DNA of 64,000 nt from Octopus vulgaris (Eukaryota), in contig OX597828.1 of NCBI GenBank assembly GCA_951406725.2, forward strand, positions 18,414,001-18,478,000, in the 5' to 3' direction. Below, in pieces: positions 1 to 13,850 of this stretch. Positions within the stretch are counted from its first letter, which is position 1. Every line of letters starts with the position of its first letter. Below the pieces are notes generated by a model. The model was not told the origin of the DNA. It searched no databases and saw only the letters and a list, made by a program, of their open reading frames with translations. Position numbers and translations under genes: made by a program.

Positions 1-129
1 GTGATGGGGGAGGGGAGTAATACGTGTAGGAGGATGTTATGTTGAAAGATTACAACGGCGTTCATGAAGATCGTGATGATGTTAATGACGGTGACATAAT
101 TATTATGATAATGAGGGTAAAGATAATCA

Positions 130-267
130 CAACTGCTCCTGCTGCTGCTGCTGATGATGATGATGATAATGATTATCATTATGATGATGATGGTGGTGAT
201 GATATTGTAGATAATGACGGCGACAAGAATGGCAACTACGATGATGATGATGATGATAATGATGATG

Positions 268-318
<51 letters not shown>

Positions 319-331
319 TTGATGATGATGG

Positions 332-370
<39 letters not shown>

Positions 371-386
371 CGACGATGTCGATGAC

Positions 387-418
<32 letters not shown>

Positions 419-1400
419 CGATGGTGACCTTAGAAAGAGAAAATGTATAATAATGATTGTTCGTGACAGAAAGTTGAAGGCATTTTAGTTGTTATGGCGC
501 TGTGGGGGGGGGAGAAAATGATCGTGATAATGATGATGTTGATGATGTGCCAACAACGATGTTAATGTCGACGAGGCTGCTGCTGCTGCTGCTGCTGCCC
601 CTGAGAGTGATGATGATGATGATGATGATGATAATGATGATAATGTGGAGAAAGAGGTGGTGGAGGAGGACCGTCGTGGCGTTGGTGTTGTTGATGATTG
701 TAAGGCTGCTTGGGGATGTCCATGATGATGACGATGAAGAAGAGGAGGGAGGAGAGGTGGAGAGGACGAGAGGATAATGACAATTATTATAAAGTTACAT
801 GGGTTTTTTTTTGGGGGGGGGGTCTAGTGGGGGTGCTATTGATGATGATGATGATGATGGCGGTTGTGGTGGTGATTTTGGTGGTAGTATCGGAGGTGGT
901 GGTTGTGGTTTTAGCGATGATGGTCATTGTAGTGTTTCTGGTGGTATTGGTGGTGGTGCTGCGGTGGTGGTGTTCATATTAATAGTGCTATTAGCGATTA
1001 TGGTAGTGATGGGTGCCGTAATGGAGGTGGTGGTGGCGGCGGCGGTGGAGGTGGAGGTGGTGGTGATGGTGGTGGCGGCGGCGGCGGCGGCGGCGGTGGA
1101 GGTGGTGGTAGCTATCTTGCTCATGCCGGCAGTGTCGGTGGCAGTGGCATGTGTGGTAGAGGTGGTGGTGGTGGTGGTGTTGTTGGTGATGATGTCGATG
1201 GTTTTGATAGCGGTAGTGGCGACGGCGGCGGCATTGTTATTGTTGATTGTGGTGGTGGTGGTGGTAGTTGTAGTGGTTGTTGTGGTTGTGGAGGTTCTGG
1301 TGGTAGTGGTGGTGCTGCTGTTTATGGTGCTTGTAGTGGTATCTATGGCGGCGACGGCGGCGGCTGCGGTGAGGCAGTGTTTGTGGTGGAGGGCGCGAAT
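130..1400. repeat. Compound degenerate trinucleotide repeat field (GAT/GGT/GGC/GCT)n
   Basis: Long pure (GAT)n at ~240-420 grading into GGT/GGC tracts; the poly-D, poly-M and poly-V ORFs are by-products. Confidence 0.9.
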
Positions 1401-1653
1401 GTGAGAACGTACATAATTGTGTGTATTTAGCAACTAAAATTATTCTCTGAATTAAAACTGCATTTCTTTCCTAACCATCTGTTAGTCATCAATTAATATC
1501 TATGAATTTAAAAGAAAAAGCCATCGGTATTATGTCAAAATATGGCAACAGAATAGAAATGCTTCAAATTCCTCTGCAGAGTAATCATTAGTCAACGAAG
1601 AGTCTTTTATAATTCCAAAGATAAGCAGGGTGGGCTTCGGTTACATTAACCTC

Positions 1654-1995
1654 TCCGTTGTTGAAAATAGATTGAGTAGAAAGAGGATTAAACCGCAACT
1701 AAATACAAAAATAAAATTTGTTACTCGTCCCGTATGCTAACGAGAAACGCTTTAGAATTTAAAGTGTTTCTCAACCGGGGTTTGTATGACCTTTGAGCGT
1801 TCATATAACCCTTCGGCGTTCATATAAAATTTTAAGGAGTCCGTTGTTGAAAATAGATTCGGTAGAGAGGGAATTAAACCGCAACGGAATGCAAAAATAA
1901 AACTTGTTACTCGTCCCGTATGCTAACGAGAAACACTTTAGAATTTAAAGTGTTTCTCAACCGGGGTTTGTATGACCTTTGAGCGTCCATATAAC
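1654..1995 (+). repeat. Local tandem duplication (period 186 bp) containing a hAT-Charlie-like terminus
   Basis: TCCGTTGTTGAAAATAGATT...CATATAAC starts at 1654 and 1840; each copy has AAGTGTTTCTCAACCGGGGT, resembling Charlie-type CAGTGTTTCTCAA termini. Confidence 0.8.
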
Positions 1996-2308
1996 GCTAA
2001 GGAAATGAAAATTTAGAGACTCATAGTATTATTTAAAGGATCCATGAAAAGCTTTGATTTGAATGTATGTCTTGCAAGAAACAGCTAGGTTTCTTTTGTT
2101 AACATTTTGCCTAGTTCAAACCTACACATTTGAGTAGAAAAATAGGAATTCTGAAAGATTAGGCTTCTGTATTTCTTCTGCAAAATTCATGATACAAAAT
2201 CGTGTATTGAAACAGATATTGTTACGTCATGTAGGTTCCAGTTAGGGTGGGGTCAAACTTTGCCAATTAAACACGTCTCCGAATATATTTGGTCTTCATT
2301 CCAGCTTT

Positions 2309-2640
2309 TTTACATCCGCCTCAGCGAAGGCAGAGGTACTACTTTCAGTCGTGTTTGTTTGTTTGTTTATCTGTCGACAAGATATCTCAAGAACCGCTGG
2401 ATGGATTTGGATGATTAGATTTTGGGATCGATCCGGTACTGGACAAGGATTCTGGATTATTTTTCCCGCCTGTTTTTTTTTACTTAATTTTGAGAGCGAT
2501 AGGGTTCATTTTTAGTATTCTCGTTAGTGAGAGCAGTTGAGTTTATTTCAGATATTCTCATTTTAAAAATCGTCTCCGGCTAATCGTTGAGAGGACGTTG
2601 GTGTTGCCATAGCGAAGGTTTGCGCTCTCTGAGTATGTTT
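2309..2640 (+). mobile_element. Non-autonomous Helentron-associated (HINE/DINE-1-like) element
   Basis: T-rich flanks; 5' hairpin ACATCCGCCTCAGCGAAGGCAGAGGT; (GTTT)n after it; 3' sub-terminal GCGAAGGT followed by short hairpin GCGCTCTCTGAGTAT. Confidence 0.65.
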
Positions 2641-2789
2641 TTTATGGTTATTAGTATTAGTTTAGTTTCTTTGTCAAAGCTCTTTCGTCACACATCCAGA
2701 TGGAAGAAGCAGAACAAGAGGAGACACGTGAGACGAGAGTTGTTGAAGAGGTCACAGGATGTGTAAAAAAAAATTGACAAAGAAACTAA

Positions 2790-2981
<192 letters not shown>

Positions 2982-3886
2982 CAAGTATATAAAATTCCAT
3001 TCTGTCTGTGATTGTGCGCTTATAACTCGAGTATTGTATATCCGATCGCGCTGTATTTAGACATAGATACATGAGAGAGTAGGGCATTCCGTAATTTAAA
3101 TAGATTTTTTAAATTGTAAGTTTCAAAATCAGAATCGCTATTTTTGTAATCTTTTTTGTCCTGTTTGTTTCGCTCAGACAGCCGGCAATACCATTTCACT
3201 AGCAACAAGGAGTGTGCAGGATGACAGTCAGCCAAAACCGTTGCTATGCTGAATCTCTTCTTTCCTCTCTATGTCTCTCTTATGATGTCCGATTCCACTT
3301 GAAGTTGTATATATTTTGTGTTAAGATTCGTTATCAATCAATTATCCTTATTGAGAAGAAACGACCAAAAGTAACCGCCACATACAATCAGCAAACATCG
3401 CTTCTACTTAACACCGTCCAAGTTAACCCTCTCTATGTTTACAGCTAACATAAAAGACTACGACGAAAAGGCAACCATTTTAATTAAGCAAAAAGAAGAA
3501 ACAAATTGATTGCTATTAAAACGCGTAAAATTTTGGGACTAATAATATTAATCTTTAGTTGCAGTTTCTCATTCAAACTACATAATAGGCAAAATTGTCG
3601 GATTAAGGCAGTAGGGTGTTTTGAGGGAGATTTGGCTGCTATTTCTACCAGGTCTAGCTACCATATAGAGGTCTCATACACACATATATACATGCAGATA
3701 TACATAAAATCGAAATAAAATACTTAAAGCAACAGGCGTCAAATACAAAAGCCAAGGTCCATGCAGTGGAAATTTCCAACATCTTGACTAATGCGTGCCC
3801 AGAGCAATCTCTTATCTCTTACACTATTCCAGTATTAGGACTCTATTGTTATGTGAGATAATACTTTCAGTTTGAAAGATGTCTGT

Positions 3887-3944
<58 letters not shown>

Positions 3945-3960
3945 CATACATACATATATA

Positions 3961-4037
3961 TGGCCGGATAACTGAAGAGATGGCGGCGTGGATTTCCACC
4001 TCGATTACCGAATAATTGTCACACATTACTTTTACAG

Positions 4038-4040
<3 letters not shown>
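3961..4040 (+). ncRNA. Degenerate hammerhead-like motif in an 80-bp island between (TA)n tracts
   Basis: CTGAAGA (3972-3978), hairpin with GTGGA/TCCAC, then GAAT-AATTG-TC; GAAA mutated and stem I not formed. Confidence 0.4.
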
Positions 4041-4080
<40 letters not shown>

Positions 4081-4398
4081 ATATACATACATATATATAT
4101 ATAAATATTTCTTATGTATTCCAAAACTGAGTTACAGATTTTGCCGTGTTGGGTATAAAAATATTCAGTACTATTTCCGCTACAAATTAAACATAATTTC
4201 CATTCACATATTTGCATTTCAAAAATTTAACATTATAATCTTTTCCACAAATCAACTATCGTAACTATTTTATACAATGACGTCACATTTTCTATATGTG
4301 TGTACCTTAAAAGACATCAATCATCACGACACACTGCTTGACTCACTCACTCACTCACTCACTCTATCTCTCTTTCTCTCTCATACACACGAACGCAT

Positions 4399-4563
4399 GC
4401 ACACACACACACAGACACACACACCCATACACACACACACACATACACGTTCATTTCATATATATATTTGCATATGATGATGGGGATGATGATATATTTG
4501 CACACACACACACAGACACACACACCCATACACACACACACACATACACGTTCATTTCATATA
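4399..4563 (+). repeat. Direct duplication (period 101 bp) of a CA-rich unit
   Basis: GCACAC...CCCATAC...CACGTTCATTTCATATA at 4399 and 4500. Confidence 0.85.
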
Positions 4564-4726
4564 GACGTACATACATCTTTCACTTTCTTTATCCTTTTCG
4601 CTTTCTCTTTCAGTTTCTGCTCCCTTCAAATAAATTTTTACGGATAAAACTGCTTACAAATATAGGGATTAATTAATAATTTCTTTCTATATTCATAATT
4701 TTTGTTTAGAGTATTGGAAAAAAAAC

Positions 4727-5270
4727 ATACCACCAAAGAAAAGACCTAATCTCTCCAGAAACAAGTATAAAGCAAGGAGGATTGTAGAAAACCGCAGGCG
4801 AGAGTCTGAAGAGAGAAGCGAGATTAGTTTTTCTCAAGATCAGCAAATGCATGTTGCAGCACTTAATGCTGGATTATTAATCAATGTTTTAATAATTAGA
4901 CAGAGATCCAATAGAATAGCTCTCAGAAACAGACTATGTACAAATTCGTTCTTCACAACCCCTGAAGTTGTTTTCAGATATGATCCATCCCATTCATATA
5001 AAAAATAATAACTCTGTCGAAATTGGTGTGCTAAACACAAATTGTGGTTTCAGTAGAGCTCTTTAAAATTTTCAAATGAAACAAATGGTATGTGCTGCCC
5101 AGGCGGTCAGGTAACATCGCCAGCACTACCGCTTCCTTCTCAACCTCTTATGGATCTTTTAGAAGGCACTTACATCCAGTCAAAGGATTTTCTGAACAAT
5201 ATCAGACAATGCTACTCTGCAAATGACATCGTTTGGTGCATCTAAGAAGACAGATAAACATGAATTTACG
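4727..5270 (+). pseudogene. Helitron RepHel transposase N-terminal fragment (frameshifted)
   Basis: Manual translation gives PPKK..PNLSRNKYKARR, FRYDPSHSY, C..ALxKFSNETNGMCCPGGQV..PLPSQPLMDLLEG..SKDFLNNIRQ and QMTSFGA, matching the Helitron zinc-finger/QMTSFG region. Confidence 0.8.
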
Positions 5271-5842
5271 ACGACGTCCTCTTTGGTTCCCTGCAACCCA
5301 CAAATGAACAACCCCAGTTCTTCTTATTGGTGGGAGAAAATGGAATATTTATACAGCAATGAAGGGAGGGAAGTTCTGACTTGTATCAACAAATGAGGCA
5401 GATGATGACGACGACGACGATGATGATGATGATGATAATGATGATGATAATAATGATGATGATGATGATGATAATGATGATGATAATGATGATGATAATG
5501 ATGATGATGATGATGATGATGGGGATGATGATAATGACGATGATGTAGATAGCACAGAAGAAACTGATGCTTGTATTAGCTCTGCATGGAAAAAGAGCAC
5601 CGATTATTCTCCACTCGTGCATTCGTTTGCCGATAACAATGTTGGAATGTGAAAATCTCAAATGAATTTATGCTCACGCCAGATTCAAAGGAAGGTGAAT
5701 AGGTTTTCGGCACGTTTCGATAATGAGATTTTAGATTTTATTGTGCGAGAGGCTAAAAATTATTGTAGCTTTTATACTTATGAAAAGTGAAAATAAGTAA
5801 AAAAAAATTGCCCTTAAGAAAAAGGGCGTTTTTTGTTGTTTT

Positions 5843-5995
5843 TTACTCTTTTACTCTTTACTCTTTTACTCGTTTCAGTCATTTGACTGCGGCCATGCTG
5901 GAGCACCGCCTTTAATCGAGCAACTCGACCCCGGGACTTATTCTTTTGTAAGCCCAGTACTTATTCTATCGGTCTCTTTTGCCGAACCGCTAAGT
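5843..5995 (-). mobile_element. SINE family B, 3' half
   Basis: TTTCAGTCATTTGACTGCGGCCATGCTGGAGCACCGCC with (TTTTACTC)n tail, shared with copies at 40158, 60510 and 62835. Confidence 0.85.
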
Positions 5996-6820
5996 GTTTT
6001 TTGCTCATTTTATATACACATTCGTGCAACCCTTTCATGCCGCTTAAATTTGAATTGAGTAAAACCGTTTGAATTAAAAAGGAGAAATTGGTCTGTGTAT
6101 ATGCGTTTATATAGTTGTACATTCGCGTACTTTCTCTCTCTGCCTCACTCTCTCCCTTTCTCTCTCTCTCTTCTTTTCGTCTTCACTCCCTCCTTCTTTC
6201 CCTCTCTGCCTCATTCTCTCTATTTCTCTCTTTCTCTATGTGTGGGTCGGCCGTGTCCGGTTTGAACCTCGAAGGTGTATTTATAAGCTCGGGTTTCCGA
6301 ACTACTTCACCAGTCATTCATCTCCAAACCATAAATAATTCTTAGACAGACTTGTGTATTCCAAGCTACTCGAAAATTTACAAATTCCTTCAACTAGATG
6401 GCATAGCAATGGGTCCTACATTTATCCCAAAATAATGCAATTTCGCATATGAATACAATACCTCTTGCTAGTTCAACAAACCTCATTATCGTTTTTCACA
6501 ACGTAATTTACATGCAATGTTGACTATATTGTCAATCAGTAACTCCGAGAATATGTCAGCTTAATGTGAAAATTTCTCCTAATTTTTAGGTTATTTTTTG
6601 TTACATTTGTTTCTTTCTTTTTAGCTGAATTGAACAGTGTAATTAACGAAACATCTGTATATCGTAACTACATCACAGCTGCTTCTACTCCGACTTTCAT
6701 CACCCCAAAAAAGCAGCAGCCGAACGAAATACTTGTAATCTTATCTACAAGAAATAGCCCTCTATTAAGAAATAAGTAACAATATTCTAAAGCAAAAAAA
6801 TGCATGACAACAACGATAAC

Positions 6821-6899
<79 letters not shown>

Positions 6900-6961
6900 G
6901 CAACAACAATAAACATTATAATAATAGTAATAGTAATAATAAAAATTAAAATAATAATAAC

Positions 6962-7023
<62 letters not shown>

Positions 7024-7069
7024 TGATGATGATGATGATGATGGTGATTATAATAACAACAACAACAGC

Positions 7070-7119
<50 letters not shown>

Positions 7120-7704
7120 CAACAACTCCAGGTTTCCTGGGGGATGAATTTAGTCATGAAGAAAAAATGAAAAGTATTTTTGTTTAGTTTAGTTTAAATC
7201 GGTGTGACCATCCTTCGTTCTATATATTAGAAAAAAAACCAACAAAAAAAAAATACAGAAAATGGGAAAACTAAAAATCCAGAGGTTGTATTAAAAATAT
7301 AACATGAAACATGAAATTCTAGTATTTCAAATAAGGTTGGGCAATATACGCGCCCATCCACAGGAGAGAATATTATAAGAAGGAAAGCAAAATTTGTCCC
7401 TACGTACAATAATCTGTACAGATATAACTAAACCCATGAAAATAAAATGTGACGCCATATACATTCAAATGACATATATACATATATACAGCTTGTGTGT
7501 GTGTGTGTGTGAGTGTGTCTATGTATGTATGCATGCATGTGTGTATGTATGTATGTATGTATGTATGTGTGTGTGAGTGTGTCTATGTATGTATGCATGC
7601 ATGTATGTATGTATGTATGTATGTATGTATGTATGTATGTATGTATGTATGTATGTAGATGGAAGGAAAAAGATGGGGTATCATGAAACCAGGAATCTAG
7701 GTCT

Positions 7705-7930
7705 GCAAGCTGGCAGAATCGTTAGCATGCCGGGCGAAATGCTCAGCGGTATTTCGTCTGCCGCTACGTTCTGAGTTCAAATTCCGCCGAGGTCGACTTT
7801 GCCTTTCATCCTGTCGGGGGTCGATTAAATAAGTACCAGTTACGCACTGGGGTTGATTAATCGACTTAATCCCTTTGTCTGTCCTTGTTTGTCCCCTCTA
7901 TGTTTAGTCCCCTGTGGGCAATAAAGAAAT
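7705..7930 (+). mobile_element. SINE family A (tRNA-like head, GCCTTTCATCC..GGGGTCGAT central domain), tail type 1
   Basis: AGCTGGCAGAATCGTTAGC head, B-box-like GAGTTCAAATTCC; multiple copies in the window. Confidence 0.85.
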
Positions 7931-7985
7931 ATTTAAATACTGCATATATTTAAAAGGGAATAGTGGAGTCACCACCGGCTCGTCA

Positions 7986-7987
<2 letters not shown>

Positions 7988-8017
<30 letters not shown>

Positions 8018-8063
8018 CTTCTTCTTCTTCTTCTTCTTCTTCTTCTTCTTCTTCTTCTTCTTT

Positions 8064-8106
<43 letters not shown>

Positions 8107-8120
8107 GCTACTACCACCAC
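7988..8120. repeat. (CTT)n(CTA)n microsatellite
   Basis: Directly visible. Confidence 0.95.
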
Positions 8121-8470
8121 TAACACTAATATTAATATCTCTACAGTAACTACTACTACTATTTCCTTTAATTTTTTCCTTTTCTTCTCTTATCATCATC
8201 ATCCATTCTTCTCTTAATCCCCATCCTCTGATTTTAACACTTAAGATTCTTTGAGATAAAATGTTACTGCGAGGTCTGTTGAGCAATAGTTCCATGAGAA
8301 GAAGGCTCCGAAACGGTCCGTATTCTATCTTAAATGACTCCCATGAGCTGGTTAGTATCCAGAGGGCCGACTTGTATCAGCAACTTCTTTGCAAATTATA
8401 CATACATGCATACACACATACATACAGATGTCTATATGTGTGTATTTGCGTATATATACAGATAAACATA

Positions 8471-8525
<55 letters not shown>

Positions 8526-8529
<4 letters not shown>

Positions 8530-9476
8530 TGTCAAAGGGAAATGGAATTCAATTAAAATTAAAACATTCAATCAAAATTTACATTTCCAGTGGTCTAACA
8601 TGCAAAAAAAATTAGTCAAGAAGACTATATATTAGTCATACGATATAGTGTATATTTAAACACCTAAGGAATCCACTTAAAGGGAATTCAACACGCTAGA
8701 AAGAACACCTAGGTTCTGTAAACCACAAAAATAACGGATAAAATTCGACAGAAATAAATTTGGAAATGAAAAACATTTACCATCTAGTACCCTGGACGTT
8801 TATACGAACTAACTTTTCAAACTTTACTGCGCAGACGCAGTCCTTCGCTGGCTACAATGAAAAACCGCCAACTTTTTCATTTCCAAATTTATTCCTGTCG
8901 AATTTTATCCGTTAATTTTGTGGTTTACAGAACCTAGCTGTTCTTTCTAGCGTGTTGAATTCCCTTTAAGTGGATTCCTTATGTGTATAAATATGCACTA
9001 TATTGTATAACTAATATATAGTCTTCTTGACTATTTGTTTTTACACGTTAGACCACTGGAAATGTAAATTTTGATTGAATGTTTTAATTTTAATTAAATT
9101 CCATTTCCCTTTGACATGATTAAATACTTTAAGTTTTTGGATAATTTTCGATTAAAAGTTGGCGGTTTTTCATTGTAGCCAGCGAAGGACTGCGTCTGCG
9201 TAGTAGCCTTGTTTGTCTCGTGTTGGATATGTTTAACCCTAAGTTGGACCTTGCTGCAGAAAATCAGACCTTGTGAGTTCCCCTTGACTCGCTAAAAGAT
9301 GATCAGGAACCAATTGGTCCAGGGTACTAGATGGTAAATGTTTTTCATTTCCAAATTTATTCCTGTCGAATTTTATCCGTTATTTTTGTGGTTTACAGAA
9401 CCTAGCTGTTCTTTCTAGCGTGTTGAATTCCCTTTAAGTGGATTCCTTATGTGTTTAAATATATACTATATCGTAT

Positions 9477-9480
<4 letters not shown>
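8526..9480. mobile_element. Penelope-like terminal-repeat mosaic (inverted plus partial tandem) inside (TA)n
   Basis: 8526-8773 is the reverse complement of 8873-9120; 8825-8875 of 9154-9206; 8633-8797 of 9317-9480; direct repeat period 468 bp; (TA)n on both sides. Confidence 0.7.
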
Positions 9481-9515
<35 letters not shown>

Positions 9516-9591
9516 CATACATATATATATATACACACATACATATATATATGCGTATACATAAAATACACATAAATTATATATATACATA

Positions 9592-9657
<66 letters not shown>

Positions 9658-9779
9658 CTTATATATATGCATATTCATACATTTACATACATACATACAT
9701 ACATATATATATTATTTCCAATTTGTGTGAAGGTACAGAATAGTATAACAGTTGTATATAGTTAAAACATATTTTGCTT

Positions 9780-9895
9780 TTAACGCTTTTTATTATGGTA
9801 TTTTAACAAAATTAGCGCTTTCATGAATTTGGAATCTGAGTACATTATGTATGAAAGCGCTAATTTTGTTAAAATACCATAATAAAAAGCGTTAA
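9780..9895 (+). mobile_element. Short fold-back element (45-bp perfect arms) with a damaged hammerhead
   Basis: Arms 9780-9824 and 9851-9895; GGAAT-CTGA-[NGA missing]-GTACA tta TGTAT-GAAA-GCGC-TA-ATTTT at 9831-9867. Confidence 0.65.
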
Positions 9896-10164
9896 CACCA
9901 GACTATGTTTTAGCTTTTGACTACTGACATATATATATATATATATATATACACCCTCACATGTCTGTGAGCACATGAATGCGTGTATGCGCGTATGTAT
10001 TGGTATATATATATATATATATATAGTTGGCTCTGTCTGCGTCGTTGTTTCATAACCTTTGGCACTATTTCCAAGGCCCCTTTTCTGTAGCTATTTTGTT
10101 CATGATTATGAAGATGCATAAGATATCCTACCATATCTTCTTTTTACCACGTACGTAGAATCAA

Positions 10165-10381
10165 TCCTTTCTACTCTAGGCACAAGGCCCCAAGTCTTGG
10201 AGGAGGGGAGCCAGTCGATTACATCGACCCCAATACGCCACTGGTACGTGATTTATCGACCCCAAAAATGATGAAAGACTAAATCGACCTCGGCTGAATT
10301 TGAACTCAGAACGTAGCGACGTGCAAAATACCGCCAAGTATTCCGTCCAGCGTGCTAACGATTCTGCCAGCTTGTCGCCTT
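10165..10381 (-). mobile_element. SINE family A, tail type 2
   Basis: Reverse complement of the 7705 head and body; tail ...GGCCTTGTGCCTAGAGTAGAAAG. Confidence 0.85.
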
Positions 10382-10615
10382 AACCTATGCGTAAGATAAC
10401 TTATCTGTATTTTCGTGCTTTTTTTTTTAAGCGTGTCAGAATCACGTATAAAACCGTTGCAAGAAATACTTTTTAAACTTACTGCTGATACTTCTGTTGT
10501 ATGAAATATACTTGGTTTTTTTTATGTTCTGAAACCTCTTTTTGAACTTTTGAACGATTTAAACGCACTAAACATCATTTATGCAAATGTTTCCATCTTC
10601 AAAAGTGAATTGAAG

Positions 10616-10679
<64 letters not shown>

Positions 10680-10828
10680 GGTATATATATAATTATATAT
10701 AGGTATATATATATATATATATATAGGTATATATATATATGTATATATGCATGTATGTATACATATATATATATATATCTGTGTGTGTTTGTGTGTACAT
10801 GTACACATACATATATGTGTATGTATAA

Positions 10829-10862
<34 letters not shown>

Positions 10863-11158
10863 GCATATATATATATAGATATGGTAATGTATATATCTTG
10901 ATACAAAAATATATATATATATACATACATATATATATATGTATTTATATATATGTATGTATTATATATATATATATGGTAACTTTAGTAATATGACTAA
11001 TATCAAGAAGATGAGGTGTTTAATGGCGTAATTTGTAGACCAAAGACTGGTAATTTAAAAATATTTTTCATACTATTACTAATTTCAATAATGTGTTATT
11101 ATCATTATTTTTATTATTACTATTATCATTGCAGTTATTATCATAATTATCATTATTT

Positions 11159-11209
<51 letters not shown>

Positions 11210-11588
11210 ATGGTAGTAGTCGCATCAGCAGCTGCATAATAATAATAATGATAACAATAATAATAATAATAATAATAACAACAACAACAACAATAATAAT
11301 AATAATTATAATAATAATAATTATTATTATTATTATCATCATCATCATTATTATTATGTACCCTTAACTAAACATCAAAAGAAAGCTTGTCCGTCAGTTA
11401 ATCTGTCTAACCCATAAATCCATTGAATGGTTTGGCTCAGGGAAATCGATAGCTGGGAAACTGATCGGGAAAATCGTAGAAACGTTAAATATATGCGTCA
11501 AAATATATAAATATATTTATATATGTGTGCGTGTTTGGGTGTATTTATATGCATTTGTACATACACACACACACGCACATGTATATAT

Positions 11589-11654
<66 letters not shown>

Positions 11655-12769
11655 TACTTAACGTGGATGTAATGTTTGAACGCCGAATACTGCGTCTTTT
11701 GCCCTGAGATTTCCTCTCATGCAGACGCACGGTGCGTAGATAGGCACGAATATCTCGTATTAGACGTGAAACCTTTGAGATAGGTGCCAGAACTACTAAA
11801 CCACTTGTTTTCAAAATACAGTATTTCGTCAGTGCTACATGACCGATGACTGTATACTAGCCAAATCTCACTGCCAACTGTATATAAAATATCTGCGTTA
11901 TTTGTTTCAGACACTGATATCGCTAAATAACAGCAGGCTTATTTATAAGAATAGATTAGCAACAGAAGGAATATTAATACAGGAAAGCAATCTTTATATC
12001 GAACTCAATGTGTATGTGTTGTCAGAATGCCTAATGTTGCAGTAATCGCTGATTATATCGCAGATTTAGCTGCCATGCGGTGTCCTAGTATTTGCTACTG
12101 AGGAAACACAGTATGCAGAAATCAGGTGATCTTGTAGTTCCGGCAACTATTGCAGACGATTTTAGTCCTCTACGATATATACCTGGACATTCAAGCAATG
12201 GGTATCTACACTAGAGAATCTCCAGAAAGACTACCTCTCTATTCGATTTTCTAATAGTGCATCAACTTTAAGTTGGACATAATGATTGATTTTGGTATCA
12301 ATACTACTTTTGTATGTATGCATATATGTGTATGTATATACATGTATGTATGCATGTATGAATGTGTGTATGTATATGTATGTATACATACATATATGTA
12401 TGTATGTATGTATGTGTTTGTGTATGTATGTATTATGAGTGTGTATGTGTGTGTGCATTAGAGCGTTGACGACATAGAAAAAATAGATAAGGTATTCGAT
12501 GATAAATGTAAAATACCCGAGTTTCGGAAAATCACCACCATGATTACATAATAGTTATTTATTTATTATATAAATTTGTAATGTTTAGCTTCAGTGTTTC
12601 GCAGTACGTAATTTGTCAGGTGTTGAAAGCTCATTTTTTATTCTCAAAATCCAGATTATCAGCAATGTTATAGGAGACAGAAGAAAACCAACGGCAGTGG
12701 AGTGTGGATTCCTTCACTGCGCCGATCTTTGCTTGGGTGTCACACTCACATGCATTTTGTCTACATATT

Positions 12770-12824
<55 letters not shown>

Positions 12825-12904
12825 CTTACTAGCTACATGTTTGTCTGATGAACATTACATGGACTTCATAGCATACAGGCATACAGTTAGGTTAGAACGC
12901 TTGC

Positions 12905-13150
12905 ATTATGTTTTGCGCCCTTGGATTACGGACACAAGTTCTCGATAATGATTGGTTTCAATTTCTGACAAGAGGTCAGCAATTTTCCGGAGGGGCTAAG
13001 TCGATTACATCGACTCCAATTCTGTTATTCTATCGACCCCCGAAAAAATTAAAAGCAATGTTGACCTCGGTGGAATTTGAACTCAGAACCTAAAGACGGA
13101 CGAAATGCAGCTAACCATTTATTCCGGCGCGGTAACGAGTCTACCTACTT
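12905..13150 (-). mobile_element. SINE family A, degenerate
   Basis: GTCGATTACATCGAC...GACCTCGGTGGAATTTGAACTCAGAAC. Confidence 0.65.
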
Positions 13151-13279
13151 AACACCCTAACCTCTTAACATGCACATTTTTTTTTTTTCAATTTCCATGC
13201 AAAAAAAATATACTTTCTTTTGAATTTGTATATAAGGAAGTATAAGTACTCAAACTATTTTGGATGAGTTATGATTTAT

Positions 13280-13495
13280 TCTTTTCTACTCTAGGCACAA
13301 GGCCCGAAATGTTTGGGGAGGGGACCAGTCGATTAGATCGACCCCAGTATGCAACTGGTACTTAATTCTTCGACCCCGAAATGATGAAAGGCAAAGTCGA
13401 CCTCGGCGGAATTTGAACTCAGAACGTAAAGAGAAACGAAATACCGCTAAACATTTCGCCCGGCTTGCTTAACATTTCTGCCACTTCGCTGCCTT
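13280..13495 (-). mobile_element. SINE family A, tail type 2
   Basis: Close match to 41640-41853. Confidence 0.9.
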
Positions 13496-13562
13496 ATCAG
13501 TTATGATTTATTATCAGTTTATTGATAGAAACGATAATTACTGATAGTTAATGACAGAAGAG

Positions 13563-13850
13563 TGAAGGCACATGGTCTACTGGTTAGAGCAGTGGACTCG
13601 TGGTCGAGGGATCGTGGGTTCGAATCTCAGACCGGACGATGTGTGTGTTTATGAGCGAAACACCTAAGCTCCACGCGGCTCCGGCAGAAGGTAATGGCGA
13701 ACTTCTGCTGACTCTTTCGCCACGACTTTCTCTCACTCTTTCCTCCTGCATCTTGCATCTCACCTGCGACAGACCGGCGTCCCGTCCAGGTGGGGAAATT
13801 GGAAAACCAGCGCTAATGAGCCAGACTTGGTTCGAGAAAGAACAAACATC
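13563..13850 (+). mobile_element. tRNA(Arg)-like SINE family C, subtype 1
   Basis: A box TGGTCTACTGG, B box GGTTCGAATC, tail GAGAAAGAACAAACATC; matches 48455-48765 in reverse. Confidence 0.85.

Noticed and set aside
39-1433. Poly-Asp, poly-Val, poly-Thr and Gly-rich ORFs
   Set aside because: Translations of trinucleotide repeats, open in several frames on both strands, with no domain or splice support
12845-12880. Isolated CTGATGA (also CTGAAGA at ~15837, ~27146, ~42143 and on the minus strand near 26305 and 52045)
   Set aside because: No proper stem II plus GAAA plus stem III; expected by chance
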